Position numbers and translations under genes: made by a program | From: Clostridia bacterium | Lineage (GTDB): Bacteria; Bacillota; Clostridia; Oscillospirales; Acutalibacteraceae | NCBI GenBank assembly: GCA_017415025.1 | Contig: JAFQJH010000010.1 | Location: 28,888 to 60,887 of the forward strand | Direction: 5' to 3' | Length of the DNA stretch: 32,000 nucleotides | The notes under the pieces: generated by a model | Seen by the model: only the letters and a program-made list of their open reading frames with translations | Told to the model about the DNA's origin: nothing | Databases searched by the model: none | Shown here: piece by piece, positions 23,688-32,000 of the stretch | Position numbering within the stretch: position 1 is the first letter of the stretch | How the letters are laid out: every line of letters begins with the position of its first letter

Positions 23688-26661
23688 CATACTTTCCGAA
23701 AAAGAATATCAAAGATACATAATAGATGAGTTGGTCAATAATAATGATTATATTGAACGTAAAGCTGCTTCATTTGATCGTTATTTTGCCATTGATAGAG
23801 AAATGTTATTTAAGTTCCTTTGGGATACACAGGCAGAAACAATGAAGCTGCTTCGTAAAATTTACAAAGATACACTTGAAGAAACTTTAGTAAATTATTT
23901 GAATACTGAAATGACAAAGGCAAAAGGAAGTCTCCTTAATGTTCTTAAGCATGGCATTGAAATTGCTAACTATAAATTACACTTGATGTATACCAAACCG
24001 GCAACAACTTTTAATCAGGAATTACTTGATAAATACGAAAAAAATATTTTTTCCGTTATGGAAGAGGTTTGGGCGAGCGACAAAGAACGCATAGACCTTG
24101 TAATCTTCTTAAACGGTCTCGCTATTATGTCATTTGAACTAAAATGCAATATGGCAGGACAATCCTACGAAGATGCTATTTATCAATATCGTACTGAGCG
24201 TAATCCTAAGTCGAGATTATTCTTGTTCAAAGCAGGATGTCTTGTCAATTTTGCTATGGACTTAAACGAAGTTTATATGACAACCAAGCTTGACGGTCAG
24301 TCTACATTCTTCTTACCATTTAATATGGGTAACGGAGAAGGTGTAAATTCCGGAAAAGGTAATCCTACTTACGAGGACAAGTATAGCGTTTATTATATGT
24401 GGGAAGATATCCTCAAAAAAGATACTGTTCTTGACCTTATAAACAAGTTCATATTTATACAAGTTAAAGAATCTGTAGACGAACTTACAGGAAAGAAAAA
24501 GATTAAAGAAAGCATTATTTTTCCTCGTTACCATCAGCTTGATGTTATTCGTCAGGTGCTGTCTGATGTTGGAGAAAATCGCACTTCTCAAAACTACTTG
24601 ATTCAACATAGCGCAGGTTCAGGTAAGACGAATTCTATAGCTTGGTTAGCACACCGTTTATCATCTTTACACGATGCTGACAATAAGATTATTTTTGACA
24701 ACATTGTAATTGTTACTGACCGTGTTGTTGTTGACAGACAATTGCAAGCTGCTATCACTGGAATGGAGCATAAAGCAGGCTTAATTCGTGTGATGGACGA
24801 TAAATGTACATCTGCCGATCTCGCTATTGCGTTAAAAGGAAATACAAAAATTATTGCAACCACAATTCAAAAATTCCCCTATATAGTAGATAGTGTTGCT
24901 GGACTTAAAAATAAGAACTTTGCTGTAATTATAGATGAAGCTCATTCTTCAACGGCCGGTAAAGATATGGCAGCTATCACTATGACTTTAGGCAAAGGCG
25001 ATGCAGAGATTGATACTGAATCAGGCATTGATACAGAGGATATTATATCTGATGAAATTGCTCGTAATGGCAAACAACCCAACGTTTCAATTTTTGCGTT
25101 CACTGCAACTCCAAAGCCAACAACTTTGCAGCTTTTTGGTAAAGTAAATGCTAAAGGTCAGAGAGAAGCTTTCCATATTTACTCTATGAAGCAGGCAATT
25201 GAAGAAGGCTTTATTCTTGATGTTTTACAAAACTTTACAAAGTATTCTACATTCTATCAAATCAACAAGGAAATTGAAGAAGATCCTCGTTGCAAGACTG
25301 TTGATGCAAAACGTCAGATAGCACGTTTTGTAGAACTTCATGAAACAAACATTTCACAACGAATTGAAGTTATTATCGAGCATTTCCGTACAACTGTTAT
25401 GGGTGAACTTGGTGGTATGGCAAAAGCTATGGTTATAACAGCATCAAGACAAAGTGCAGTTAAATATCGACAAGCTTTAGAAGACTATATAAATCGTAAG
25501 GGATACAAGGATATTCATGCCCTTGTAGCTTTTTCAGGAAAAGTTAATCTTCCTGATGACGAAAAAGAATATACTGAAAGTTCAATCAATGGTTTTTCTG
25601 AAGATAAACTGACAACAGAATTTGATAAAGATGAGTACAAAGTGCTTCTTGTTGCAAATAAATATCAAACCGGTTTTGACCAACCAAAACTTTGTGCAAT
25701 GTACGTGCTCAAAAAACTCCGTAGTGTGAATGCAGTTCAGACACTTTCAAGACTCAATCGAATTTGTCCGCCGTTTGATAAGAAGACATTCATTCTTGAC
25801 TTTGTAAACAAATACGAGGATATTGTTGCTGCATTTAAACCTTATTACACTACAACATTGCTCGCCAACTCCGTAACTCCTTCAGCCGTTTATGATTTGG
25901 AAGCTAAACTCGATGGTTATACTGTACTCGATCCTACAGACATTGACTGTGCAGTTGCGTATCTGTATCAAGGCGATTCTAATGCTGCAGTTAAAAAGAA
26001 GCTTAATTATTACTTTAAGCGTACGAAAAACCGTATTGAGCAGTATGATATCTTGAAGCAACTGGAGATAGTTGCTGTTATGCGTCATTTTATTCGTTTT
26101 TATGAGTTCCTTATCCAAGTTTCATGTTTTGAGGATATTGAACTTCATAAAAAGTACCTGTTTGTAAACTATCTTATGTCGTATATAGATATCAAACATC
26201 CCGGCGGTGGTTATAATCTTGATGGTAAAATCAAAGCTTCTAACTTCGTTCAAAAGAAGGGCGAAGAACACAAGGGTGAAAAGATGGTTTCTGACCCTGT
26301 TGTTAAATTGCCTACCGCTGATACTATTATGTTGCCAGAGGACAAGAGAGAACGTCTTTCTGTTATCATTGCAGAAATTAATAGTAAAACCGGAAAATCA
26401 TATGACAATGATGTAGCAATCAAAGCAATGTTACAGATCAAAGATTTGCTTATGAAGTCCGAAAAACTTCGCACTAGTGCAAAAAACAACACAATTAAAG
26501 ATTTTGAATTCTCATACTTTGATGATATTGATGATGCACTTATAGAAGGTTTGTCACAGAATCAAGATTTCTTCTCATTACTGCTTAATAATGATGAGAT
26601 AAAAAAACAAGTTTTAGGTATTTTTACGGATGAGATTTATAAGAGTTTAAGAAACACTTGA
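23680..26661 (+). CDS. hsdR: Type I restriction enzyme, R (helicase-nuclease) subunit
   Basis: 993 aa. It has an N-terminal PD-(D/E)xK region (DLVIFLNGLAIMSFELK), Walker A HSAGSGKTNS, DEAH box IIDEAHSS, and helicase motif VI QTLSRLNR. Confidence 0.9.
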   Translation: MNNILSEKEYQRYIIDELVNNNDYIERKAASFDRYFAIDREMLFKFLWDTQAETMKLLRKIYKDTLEETLVNYLNTEMTKAKGSLLNVLKHGIEIANYKLHLMYTKPATTFNQELLDKYEKNIFSVMEEVWASDKERIDLVIFLNGLAIMSFELKCNMAGQSYEDAIYQYRTERNPKSRLFLFKAGCLVNFAMDLNEVYMTTKLDGQSTFFLPFNMGNGEGVNSGKGNPTYEDKYSVYYMWEDILKKDTVLDLINKFIFIQVKESVDELTGKKKIKESIIFPRYHQLDVIRQVLSDVGENRTSQNYLIQHSAGSGKTNSIAWLAHRLSSLHDADNKIIFDNIVIVTDRVVVDRQLQAAITGMEHKAGLIRVMDDKCTSADLAIALKGNTKIIATTIQKFPYIVDSVAGLKNKNFAVIIDEAHSSTAGKDMAAITMTLGKGDAEIDTESGIDTEDIISDEIARNGKQPNVSIFAFTATPKPTTLQLFGKVNAKGQREAFHIYSMKQAIEEGFILDVLQNFTKYSTFYQINKEIEEDPRCKTVDAKRQIARFVELHETNISQRIEVIIEHFRTTVMGELGGMAKAMVITASRQSAVKYRQALEDYINRKGYKDIHALVAFSGKVNLPDDEKEYTESSINGFSEDKLTTEFDKDEYKVLLVANKYQTGFDQPKLCAMYVLKKLRSVNAVQTLSRLNRICPPFDKKTFILDFVNKYEDIVAAFKPYYTTTLLANSVTPSAVYDLEAKLDGYTVLDPTDIDCAVAYLYQGDSNAAVKKKLNYYFKRTKNRIEQYDILKQLEIVAVMRHFIRFYEFLIQVSCFEDIELHKKYLFVNYLMSYIDIKHPGGGYNLDGKIKASNFVQKKGEEHKGEKMVSDPVVKLPTADTIMLPEDKRERLSVIIAEINSKTGKSYDNDVAIKAMLQIKDLLMKSEKLRTSAKNNTIKDFEFSYFDDIDDALIEGLSQNQDFFSLLLNNDEIKKQVLGIFTDEIYKSLRNT

Positions 26662-26736
26662 TTATTAAAAACTAAAAAGAGCTTTAAAAATGGATTATAT
26701 GTTCTAGGTTTAAAGTTCATATCGTAGGAGGAGAAT

Positions 26737-28281
26737 ATGAATTATATCAAGTCATTACATATTGAGGGTTTTAGAAAATTTTCCTCTCTTGATGTGGAGT
26801 TTAATGAACACATGAATATTCTTGTAGGAGAGAATGAAGCTGGTAAAAGCACGATTTTGGATGCGCTAAAAACTGTACTCAATCAGCAATATCGAAATAC
26901 AGATAAAGCGGTATTGAGAGATTTGTTTAATGCACAGATGGTAGAATCATTTTATACTAATCCAAGTGTCAAAACTCTTCCTCGAATTTATATTGAAGTG
27001 GAACTTGTGCTTGATCCGAAGAAGAAAAGTTCATCTTATTTTTATGGAGAGGCATATGGGAAAAGAAAACAACAAGATGAAAAATTTGGTATTCGTTTTG
27101 AGTGTAAGTTCGATGAAGAACTTGGTTCTGGTATGGAACAATCAATTATTGATGGAAAAATTCCTTACGAATACTATTCTTTGACTTGGACCACCTTTGC
27201 AAATAGACCATATCAGATGATAAAGAGACCATTAAACTTCATATCTATCGATACGACTAACAGTTCAACGACGCCATCATTCAATTATTATAATAGAACC
27301 TTATTCTCGAGTAGGTATGATGAAGCTACTAGAGCAAAGGCAAAGAATGAATTTAGAAGCAAGTTGGAAGATGCTCTTGCAGCTACTAACCTTCCACCAA
27401 TTAGTGATAATAGAAAATTTGGTATAGATGGTAAGAAGGTCGTTTTGGAAACGATCTTGTCTGTATATGAAGATTCAATTGCCCTTGAAAATCGTGGTAG
27501 CGGTATGGAAAGTCTTATAAAAACACAGATAGCATTGGATAAGGCTAACGGTTTGGATGTTATTTTGATGGAAGAACCAGAGAATCATCTTAGTTTCGTC
27601 ACTTTGCGAAAGATGCTTCAAGAAATATCTGTTCAACAGGAAAACTCGCAGATTATTGTGGCTACTCATAATAATATGATTGCTAGTCGACTGAATTTGA
27701 ACAATGTTTTGTGGATTACAGATAATAGTGTTAAGAGTTTAGCTGGTGTAAAAAATGATGTAGCAGAGTTTTTCGTTCGAGCTGATGACAATGCCTTTTT
27801 ACAGTTGTTGTTGTCAAAGAAGGTTTTTCTGGTTGAGGGAGCAACAGAATTTCTACTTATCCCTATTTTTTATAAGCAGCAAACAGGACATACCATTGAA
27901 GAAGATGGCATATCTGTAATTTCATGTAATGGTATTTCTTATATGAGATATATTGAAATTGCAAAAGCTACTGATAAAAGAATTGCTGTCATCACCGATA
28001 ATGACAAGAAAAAAGATAGGATTACGAAAGCAGACACCTTTAATAAGTCTAACAAGTTGCAGCATATCTTTTTAGGAAAAACGGAAGACGAATGGACATG
28101 GGAGGCATGTCTCTATAAAGAGAACAAAGAAGTTTTAGATAATATGATTACTGTTCAGCCAGGCGCGGAATATAAATTCCACGGAGAAGACTACGGTTTT
28201 GTTTTGGGTAAGATGTTAAACAATAAAGTTGATGTTGCCTACCAGATGCTTACTTCAGGTGTTACTTTTGCGATACCTTAG
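26737..28281 (+). CDS. OLD-family ATP-dependent nuclease (ABC-type ATPase plus Toprim), GajA-like
   Basis: IEGFRKFSSLDVEFNEHMNILVGENEAGKSTILDAL (Walker A), GMESLIKTQIAL (signature-like) and VILMEEPENHLS (Walker B). The Toprim part is VFLVEGATEFLL and AVITDNDKK. RBS AGGAGGAG. Confidence 0.8.
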   Translation: MNYIKSLHIEGFRKFSSLDVEFNEHMNILVGENEAGKSTILDALKTVLNQQYRNTDKAVLRDLFNAQMVESFYTNPSVKTLPRIYIEVELVLDPKKKSSSYFYGEAYGKRKQQDEKFGIRFECKFDEELGSGMEQSIIDGKIPYEYYSLTWTTFANRPYQMIKRPLNFISIDTTNSSTTPSFNYYNRTLFSSRYDEATRAKAKNEFRSKLEDALAATNLPPISDNRKFGIDGKKVVLETILSVYEDSIALENRGSGMESLIKTQIALDKANGLDVILMEEPENHLSFVTLRKMLQEISVQQENSQIIVATHNNMIASRLNLNNVLWITDNSVKSLAGVKNDVAEFFVRADDNAFLQLLLSKKVFLVEGATEFLLIPIFYKQQTGHTIEEDGISVISCNGISYMRYIEIAKATDKRIAVITDNDKKKDRITKADTFNKSNKLQHIFLGKTEDEWTWEACLYKENKEVLDNMITVQPGAEYKFHGEDYGFVLGKMLNNKVDVAYQMLTSGVTFAIP

Positions 28282-28301
28282 TACATAAAGGATGCGATTG
28301 A

Positions 28302-29426
28302 ATGGCTAAAAAAGTAATCTTGGCGGTTGCCGGTGCAGGAAAAACCTATCACATATGCCATAAGATAGACCCTGGAAAGAGAAATCTAATACTTGCTTTT
28401 ACTCATGAAAACATCCAAAACATTCAGAAAGAACTATGCGATGCACATGGTTGTGTGCCGGAGCTAACAACAGTATCAACTTTTGACTCTTTTGTATACC
28501 ATCATATGGTATTACCTTATGAACCGAGCATAGCAGAACACTTTGGTTGTCCTCAGATTGTTAGTCGTGGAATTTGCACAATAGCTCCACCATCCCAGAC
28601 AATAAAGACTTCTAAAGGAAAAACTATTGCAAATCCGCTATACAAGAAAAAAGATAGGCTTGCTCACTATGTTACTATGAGAGGACAATACTATTGTGCG
28701 ACTCTGTCCGAACTAGTTTTACAGGTGAAGAAAAATCGAGAATCACTTATAAAGAGAGTAGCGGCACGCCTTAATTTATTTTATGATTGTGTACTCATTG
28801 ATGAGTTTCAAGATTTCCGAGAATATGATTACGAGTTGATTATGACTCTAGCCAAACAATTAAATGATGTTACTCTTATCGGTGACTACTATCAACATTC
28901 TGTGTCTGCAACGAACAATTCCGGTAAACCTTTTAAGAAAAAAACTAATGATGTTTGTTATGATGATTTTGTATCTGAACTTATTAGTGTTGGTTTCGAA
29001 GTAGATGTGACCACTCTAAATAAGTCTAGACGCTGTTCTGTAGATGTATGTCAGTTTGTGACCAGCAAGCTTGGTATCAACATTGATTCTTGCGGAGAAA
29101 ATATTGGTAATGTTATTTGGGCAGATGAGTATGCAACTGAAATTCTTGACGATAATCAAATTGTGAAGTTGGTTTATAAAGATGCTGCTCTCTATTCGTT
29201 TCGTTCAATGAACTGGTCATATTCAAAGGGTGATACTATGGATGCAGTTTGTGTTATATTAACAGACAGGTTTGACAATCTTGATATTGCTAATTTTTCT
29301 GATAATGGTGTGCCGGTATCTACTTTAAATAAATTATATGTTGCATTGACAAGAAGCCGTGGTAATTTATATTTAATAAAAGCTTCTACTTTCAAATTAT
29401 TAAAAGAAAAATATCTAAAACCTTAA
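28302..29426 (+). CDS. Short UvrD/Rep-like SF1 helicase, GajB-like
   Basis: AVAGAGKTYHI (motif I), VLIDEFQDF (motif II), LNKSRRCS and LYVALTRSRGNLYLI (motif VI). At 374 aa it is shorter than typical UvrD-family proteins. Confidence 0.75.
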   Translation: MAKKVILAVAGAGKTYHICHKIDPGKRNLILAFTHENIQNIQKELCDAHGCVPELTTVSTFDSFVYHHMVLPYEPSIAEHFGCPQIVSRGICTIAPPSQTIKTSKGKTIANPLYKKKDRLAHYVTMRGQYYCATLSELVLQVKKNRESLIKRVAARLNLFYDCVLIDEFQDFREYDYELIMTLAKQLNDVTLIGDYYQHSVSATNNSGKPFKKKTNDVCYDDFVSELISVGFEVDVTTLNKSRRCSVDVCQFVTSKLGINIDSCGENIGNVIWADEYATEILDDNQIVKLVYKDAALYSFRSMNWSYSKGDTMDAVCVILTDRFDNLDIANFSDNGVPVSTLNKLYVALTRSRGNLYLIKASTFKLLKEKYLKP

Positions 29427-29453
29427 TTTTATCAAGAAAAGGGAGTTTTAAAT

Positions 29454-30464
29454 GTGGCTAGAAAAGGTCGCGACTTTGAGTTGGCTTATGAGTGGTTATA
29501 TGATCTAAATGAAAATTATACAGTCACAAGTCCTGCTTATGTGTATGATAAAGCAGCAGAAGTGATGAGAGAAGTTGATGTACTTGTTGAGTATGTGGAT
29601 GATAGAGGCTACAATCGTAAAATAGCTATTGAGTGTAGGGATCGAAAGCAATCCGAAAATGTAATGTGGATAGACCAACTCGTTCAAAAGCGTGAAGATT
29701 TAGAGTTGGATTATATTATTGCAACAACAACCCAGACTTTTAGTGAAGCTGCTATAAGAAAAGCTAAATATCATGGCATAATTATAGAGCGAGCGGAATT
29801 GGCCAATAGTAAAACCATAGAAGATGCTGCACAAAACTTTAATTTAGATATTTTCTTTTTTAAGTTTGAGTTATTGTCCTGTAATTTTTTATTAAAGAAC
29901 AACCAAAAACTTAAATTTTCAGAATATTTAAACAGATTGAATTTTTTACAGCGAGCCAAACTCATAAATGAATTCAATACCTCCCTGTATTTCGGATTTG
30001 AGCCAAACAATTTATTAAAAGAATGTGAGATAGAAACGAAAGACTTTTTTTCGAGAGATGACAACAGTATAACGATTCGTGCAGATAGTTTTTTAACTGA
30101 GTTTCCTCTGTTAGAGTTTATGGAGGATGTAGCACTTTTCGACTGGGAAATCAGAGTAATACCTATTAAGATAACACTGCCTCTTTCGGATTCTATTTCG
30201 GTTTTTGATGCTGAGAGTAACTCGAATAAAGATTACCGTGCTATTTATGGAAACAATGAAGATTACTTGCGTTTAGGTTATTTGAACGGAAAATTATTTA
30301 CAGAAATAAAATTCAAACATCGTGAGTATTTGCGATTTGCAAGTATGAATCTAGAACTAAACACAATTATTCCTGAAGAAACTGATACTTCTGCAATAGA
30401 CGACATCAATTGTTATATTGCAGACAATTTATTGGGGAAGTTTGATTTTTCAAAAATTTTATAA
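29454..30464 (+). CDS. PD-(D/E)xK (Mrr_cat-like) restriction endonuclease-fold protein with an unknown C-terminal domain
   Basis: GTG start 8 nt after GGGAG. GRDFELAYEWL...REVDVLVEY...KIAIECRDRK...IIATTTQTFSEAAIRKAKYHGIIIE fits the Mrr catalytic-domain pattern (D...E-x-K/R). The ~200-aa C-terminal part has no recognised motif. Confidence 0.55.
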   Translation: MARKGRDFELAYEWLYDLNENYTVTSPAYVYDKAAEVMREVDVLVEYVDDRGYNRKIAIECRDRKQSENVMWIDQLVQKREDLELDYIIATTTQTFSEAAIRKAKYHGIIIERAELANSKTIEDAAQNFNLDIFFFKFELLSCNFLLKNNQKLKFSEYLNRLNFLQRAKLINEFNTSLYFGFEPNNLLKECEIETKDFFSRDDNSITIRADSFLTEFPLLEFMEDVALFDWEIRVIPIKITLPLSDSISVFDAESNSNKDYRAIYGNNEDYLRLGYLNGKLFTEIKFKHREYLRFASMNLELNTIIPEETDTSAIDDINCYIADNLLGKFDFSKIL

Positions 30465-30522
30465 AGCTCAACGTAAAAATTGCCCAAAACCATACCGCGC
30501 TAAACTTCAACGCTTTAAAGTG

Positions 30523-30552
30523 TTGACATTTGTTTTTTTTGTGTGGTACAAT
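30523..30552 (+). promoter_or_regulatory. Strong orphan sigma-A promoter with no ORF downstream
   Basis: TTGACA (30523-30528), an 18-nt spacer, then TGgTACAAT (TACAAT at 30547-30552). Confidence 0.5.
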
Positions 30553-30558
30553 CCATTT

Positions 30559-30820
30559 GCAATTGTGAAATAAAGATTTTTGAGGAATCGGGGTTGTTTT
30601 TCGGCCCGGTAAAAGTGTCGGTGATACTGAAAGTACAGTATCAAGTGGTCAAAAGCGGTCTTTTCCCCTGTTCCGACTTTTAAAAAAGCTTGATTTTACG
30701 CGGTTTCATAAAATTTAAAATAACGAACTTAAGTGAGTGGGAATAATTTTCATCTGATAGCACTCTGACATCATAACAAACAACCACCCGAAGCCGCGAG
30801 ATTTCGGGCGGTTTTGGTTT
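30559..30820 (+). ncRNA. Candidate ~260-nt non-coding transcript (promoter to terminator), function unknown
   Basis: No ORF of 60 aa or more and no RBS-ATG. Local hairpin GATACTG-aaagta-CAGTATC (30623-30642) is flanked by GTCGG...CCGAC. It ends at the terminator inside the right direct repeat. Confidence 0.25.
30763..30820. repeat. Right copy of the 58-bp direct repeat
   Basis: CTCTGAcATCATAACAAACAACCACCCGAAGCCGCGAGaTTTCGGGcGGTTTTGGTTT. It is 55/58 identical to 6617-6674. The hairpin (30782-30813) carries one A-C mismatch relative to the perfect left copy. Confidence 0.85.
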
Positions 30821-30861
30821 ACATACAATCGCTGCATACAGCATTAAATACAAGCGAAGAA

Positions 30862-30896
30862 AATCCCGCGGATTGCTCCGCGGGATTCATTTTTTA
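30862..30896. terminator. Bidirectional rho-independent terminator
   Basis: Perfect 11-bp stem AATCCCGCGGA-ttgc-TCCGCGGGATT (30862-30887). CATTTTTT follows on the + strand and TTTCTTC on the - strand. It lies ~35 nt downstream of the minus-strand stop at 30922. Confidence 0.7.
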
Positions 30897-30921
30897 GGAG
30901 TCGATATTATATTCTGACTAA

Positions 30922-32000
30922 TTATTCAACAGTATACTCCAATGTGCCGACAGTTTTCCATACATTTTTACGGTAAATTTTGACTTCGATTTCGTTAAGT
31001 CCGTCCTCGTTCATCCAGGCGTTACCTTTGAATATCTTATTACCGTTTTCGTCGGTTTCCGTTGATGCAACTGTTACGGAAGTGCCGTTCGGCATTTTGA
31101 ACATTACTTTTTCGGTCTTTTCGTCAGCAACAACTGTTGCGGGTACAGGACCCTTCTTGCCTGATGTTGCAGAAAGCTCCATTGAAACAATCGGGTTATA
31201 CGGCTCGATTGTGAAGCTGTATTTTACTTCGTCCCATACATAATTTTCTTTGCCGCGGACTTTGATTTCAACACCGACACTCATATTTGAATAGATTTCC
31301 CATACTTCGTAAGCGAGATCACGTGCCATTGCGCTGACAACCTCACCGTCTGCGTTGTAGCTTGTAATTTTAACATTCTTGTTATAGCGGTCATATGTTC
31401 TTGTTCCGCCGTCGGGCTCGATGAACTGAATCATCTGCTTTCTGCCGTTGGCTGTGACCGTAAAGGTCTTTCGGGTATCTTCCTGCTGAACGTAGGTAAC
31501 CTCTGTTACGTCACTTAAAAGTGTCGGGTCAAAGGGCTCATAGTCGGCAAGAATAAGTTCCTCGTAACTTCCAAATGTATCAAAACCTGCATAGCTGCTT
31601 GAAACATAATATCTCAAATCGTGGGATTTGCCCTCATTACTTGTTACAACCCAGTCAGCAACGAAGGAGTTGACCAAATCAATCGGATATCCTTCTTCGT
31701 CAAGAAAATTTTCCTGAAGAACCTTAAACTTAAGACTGAAAAGACATCCATCAGTGAAATCCAAGGCATCAAAATTCAACTGAACAATTGCATATTTCAG
31801 GTTTCCGTAGTCGGGGTCATTCGGATAAAGGTCGCCTGTTTCAATAATCGTTACTGTGCCGCCGAGGTCATAAAGCTCCTTTGACGGGAGAGCATCGATA
31901 AGCTCCAATGTTGAAGAATCGTAGTTCACCTTAATCTGAATCTTAGTTGTGCTGTCCTTGAAGCCTGTTGCAGAGCGAACCCATTCTTCGTAGTCAACAT
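30922..32000 (-). CDS. Secreted or cell-surface protein with a cohesin-like module and Ig-like beta-sandwich repeats, N-terminus outside the window
   Basis: The frame stays open upstream of the listed GVG/GTG start at 31929 to the window end (...VDYEEWVRSATGFKDSTTKIQIKVNYDSSTLELIDALPSKELYDLGG). The KV.YDSS.LELI pattern is typical of cohesin modules. The C-terminal half is beta-rich (TFTVTANGRK..., VKIYRKNVWKTVGTLEYTVE). Confidence 0.45.
   Translation of the reverse strand, partial: VDYEEWVRSATGFKDSTTKIQIKVNYDSSTLELIDALPSKELYDLGGTVTIIETGDLYPNDPDYGNLKYAIVQLNFDALDFTDGCLFSLKFKVLQENFLDEEGYPIDLVNSFVADWVVTSNEGKSHDLRYYVSSSYAGFDTFGSYEELILADYEPFDPTLLSDVTEVTYVQQEDTRKTFTVTANGRKQMIQFIEPDGGTRTYDRYNKNVKITSYNADGEVVSAMARDLAYEVWEIYSNMSVGVEIKVRGKENYVWDEVKYSFTIEPYNPIVSMELSATSGKKGPVPATVVADEKTEKVMFKMPNGTSVTVASTETDENGNKIFKGNAWMNEDGLNEIEVKIYRKNVWKTVGTLEYTVE

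Larger units (their letters stand above)
6675..30762. mobile_element. Putative integrated genomic (defence) island bounded by the 58-bp direct repeats; mosaic, no integrase seen
   Basis: Direct repeats sit at both ends. Composition is lower in GC by eye than the flanks, especially 6.7-7.9 kb and 14.4-30.5 kb. Cargo is R-M and defence genes plus a TnpV remnant. Confidence 0.5.

Noticed and set aside
29452-29454. ATG at 29452 as the start of the last defence gene
   Set aside because: That frame (MWLEKVATLSWLMSGYMI*) terminates after about 18 codons. The GTG at 29454 opens the 336-aa frame with the Mrr-like motifs.
6675-30762. Search for an integrase, recombinase, relaxase or transposase, and for CRISPR arrays, tRNA or rRNA genes
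   Set aside because: No ORF has tyrosine or serine recombinase, DDE or relaxase motifs. I found no regularly spaced short repeats and no tRNA-like cloverleaf or rRNA segments. The only mobility-associated gene is the accessory TnpV.

Overview
This looks like a Clostridia-type Firmicute chromosome segment, judged from strong GGAGG-type RBSs, sigma-A promoters and a cohesin-like surface protein. The flanks carry ordinary genes. On the left are a class II aldolase-domain protein, a glycosyltransferase, an XRE regulator, a DUF4177 protein, a nitroreductase, a metallophosphoesterase and a stand-alone GMP synthase ATP-pyrophosphatase gene. On the right is a cohesin-like surface protein. Between them lies a ~24-kb, visibly AT-richer, mosaic accessory segment (about 6675-30762). 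It is bracketed by a 58-bp direct repeat (55/58 identical) that contains the guaA terminator hairpin, and no integrase is visible in the window. The segment has three parts. (i) A minus-strand MmeI-like Type IIG/IIL R-M gene is interrupted by one in-frame TAG and is followed by two unknown small genes. (ii) A higher-GC mobile-element remnant carries TnpV, a ferredoxin/Crp-Fnr pair and a DUF3990 + DUF3791-HTH pair behind a consensus promoter with two perfect 16-bp palindromes. (iii) A 15.7-kb run of 11 same-strand genes reads: XRE controller, DUF262/DUF1524 (GmrSD-like), hsdM, zinc-ribbon/DUF4145-like, hsdS, TIR-domain protein, 8-TM protein, hsdR, OLD-family ATPase/Toprim nuclease, short UvrD-like helicase, PD-(D/E)xK (Mrr-like) protein. 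The most interesting candidate is the TIR + 8-TM gene pair between hsdS and hsdR, the same position as prrC in the EcoprrI locus. Other candidates are the OLD-UvrD-nuclease triplet, the putative ART-like DUF3990 module, three premature in-frame stops in two genes, and an orphan promoter driving a ~260-nt non-coding region. No rRNA, tRNA or CRISPR array was seen. All family assignments come from motif reading by eye; no searches were run.
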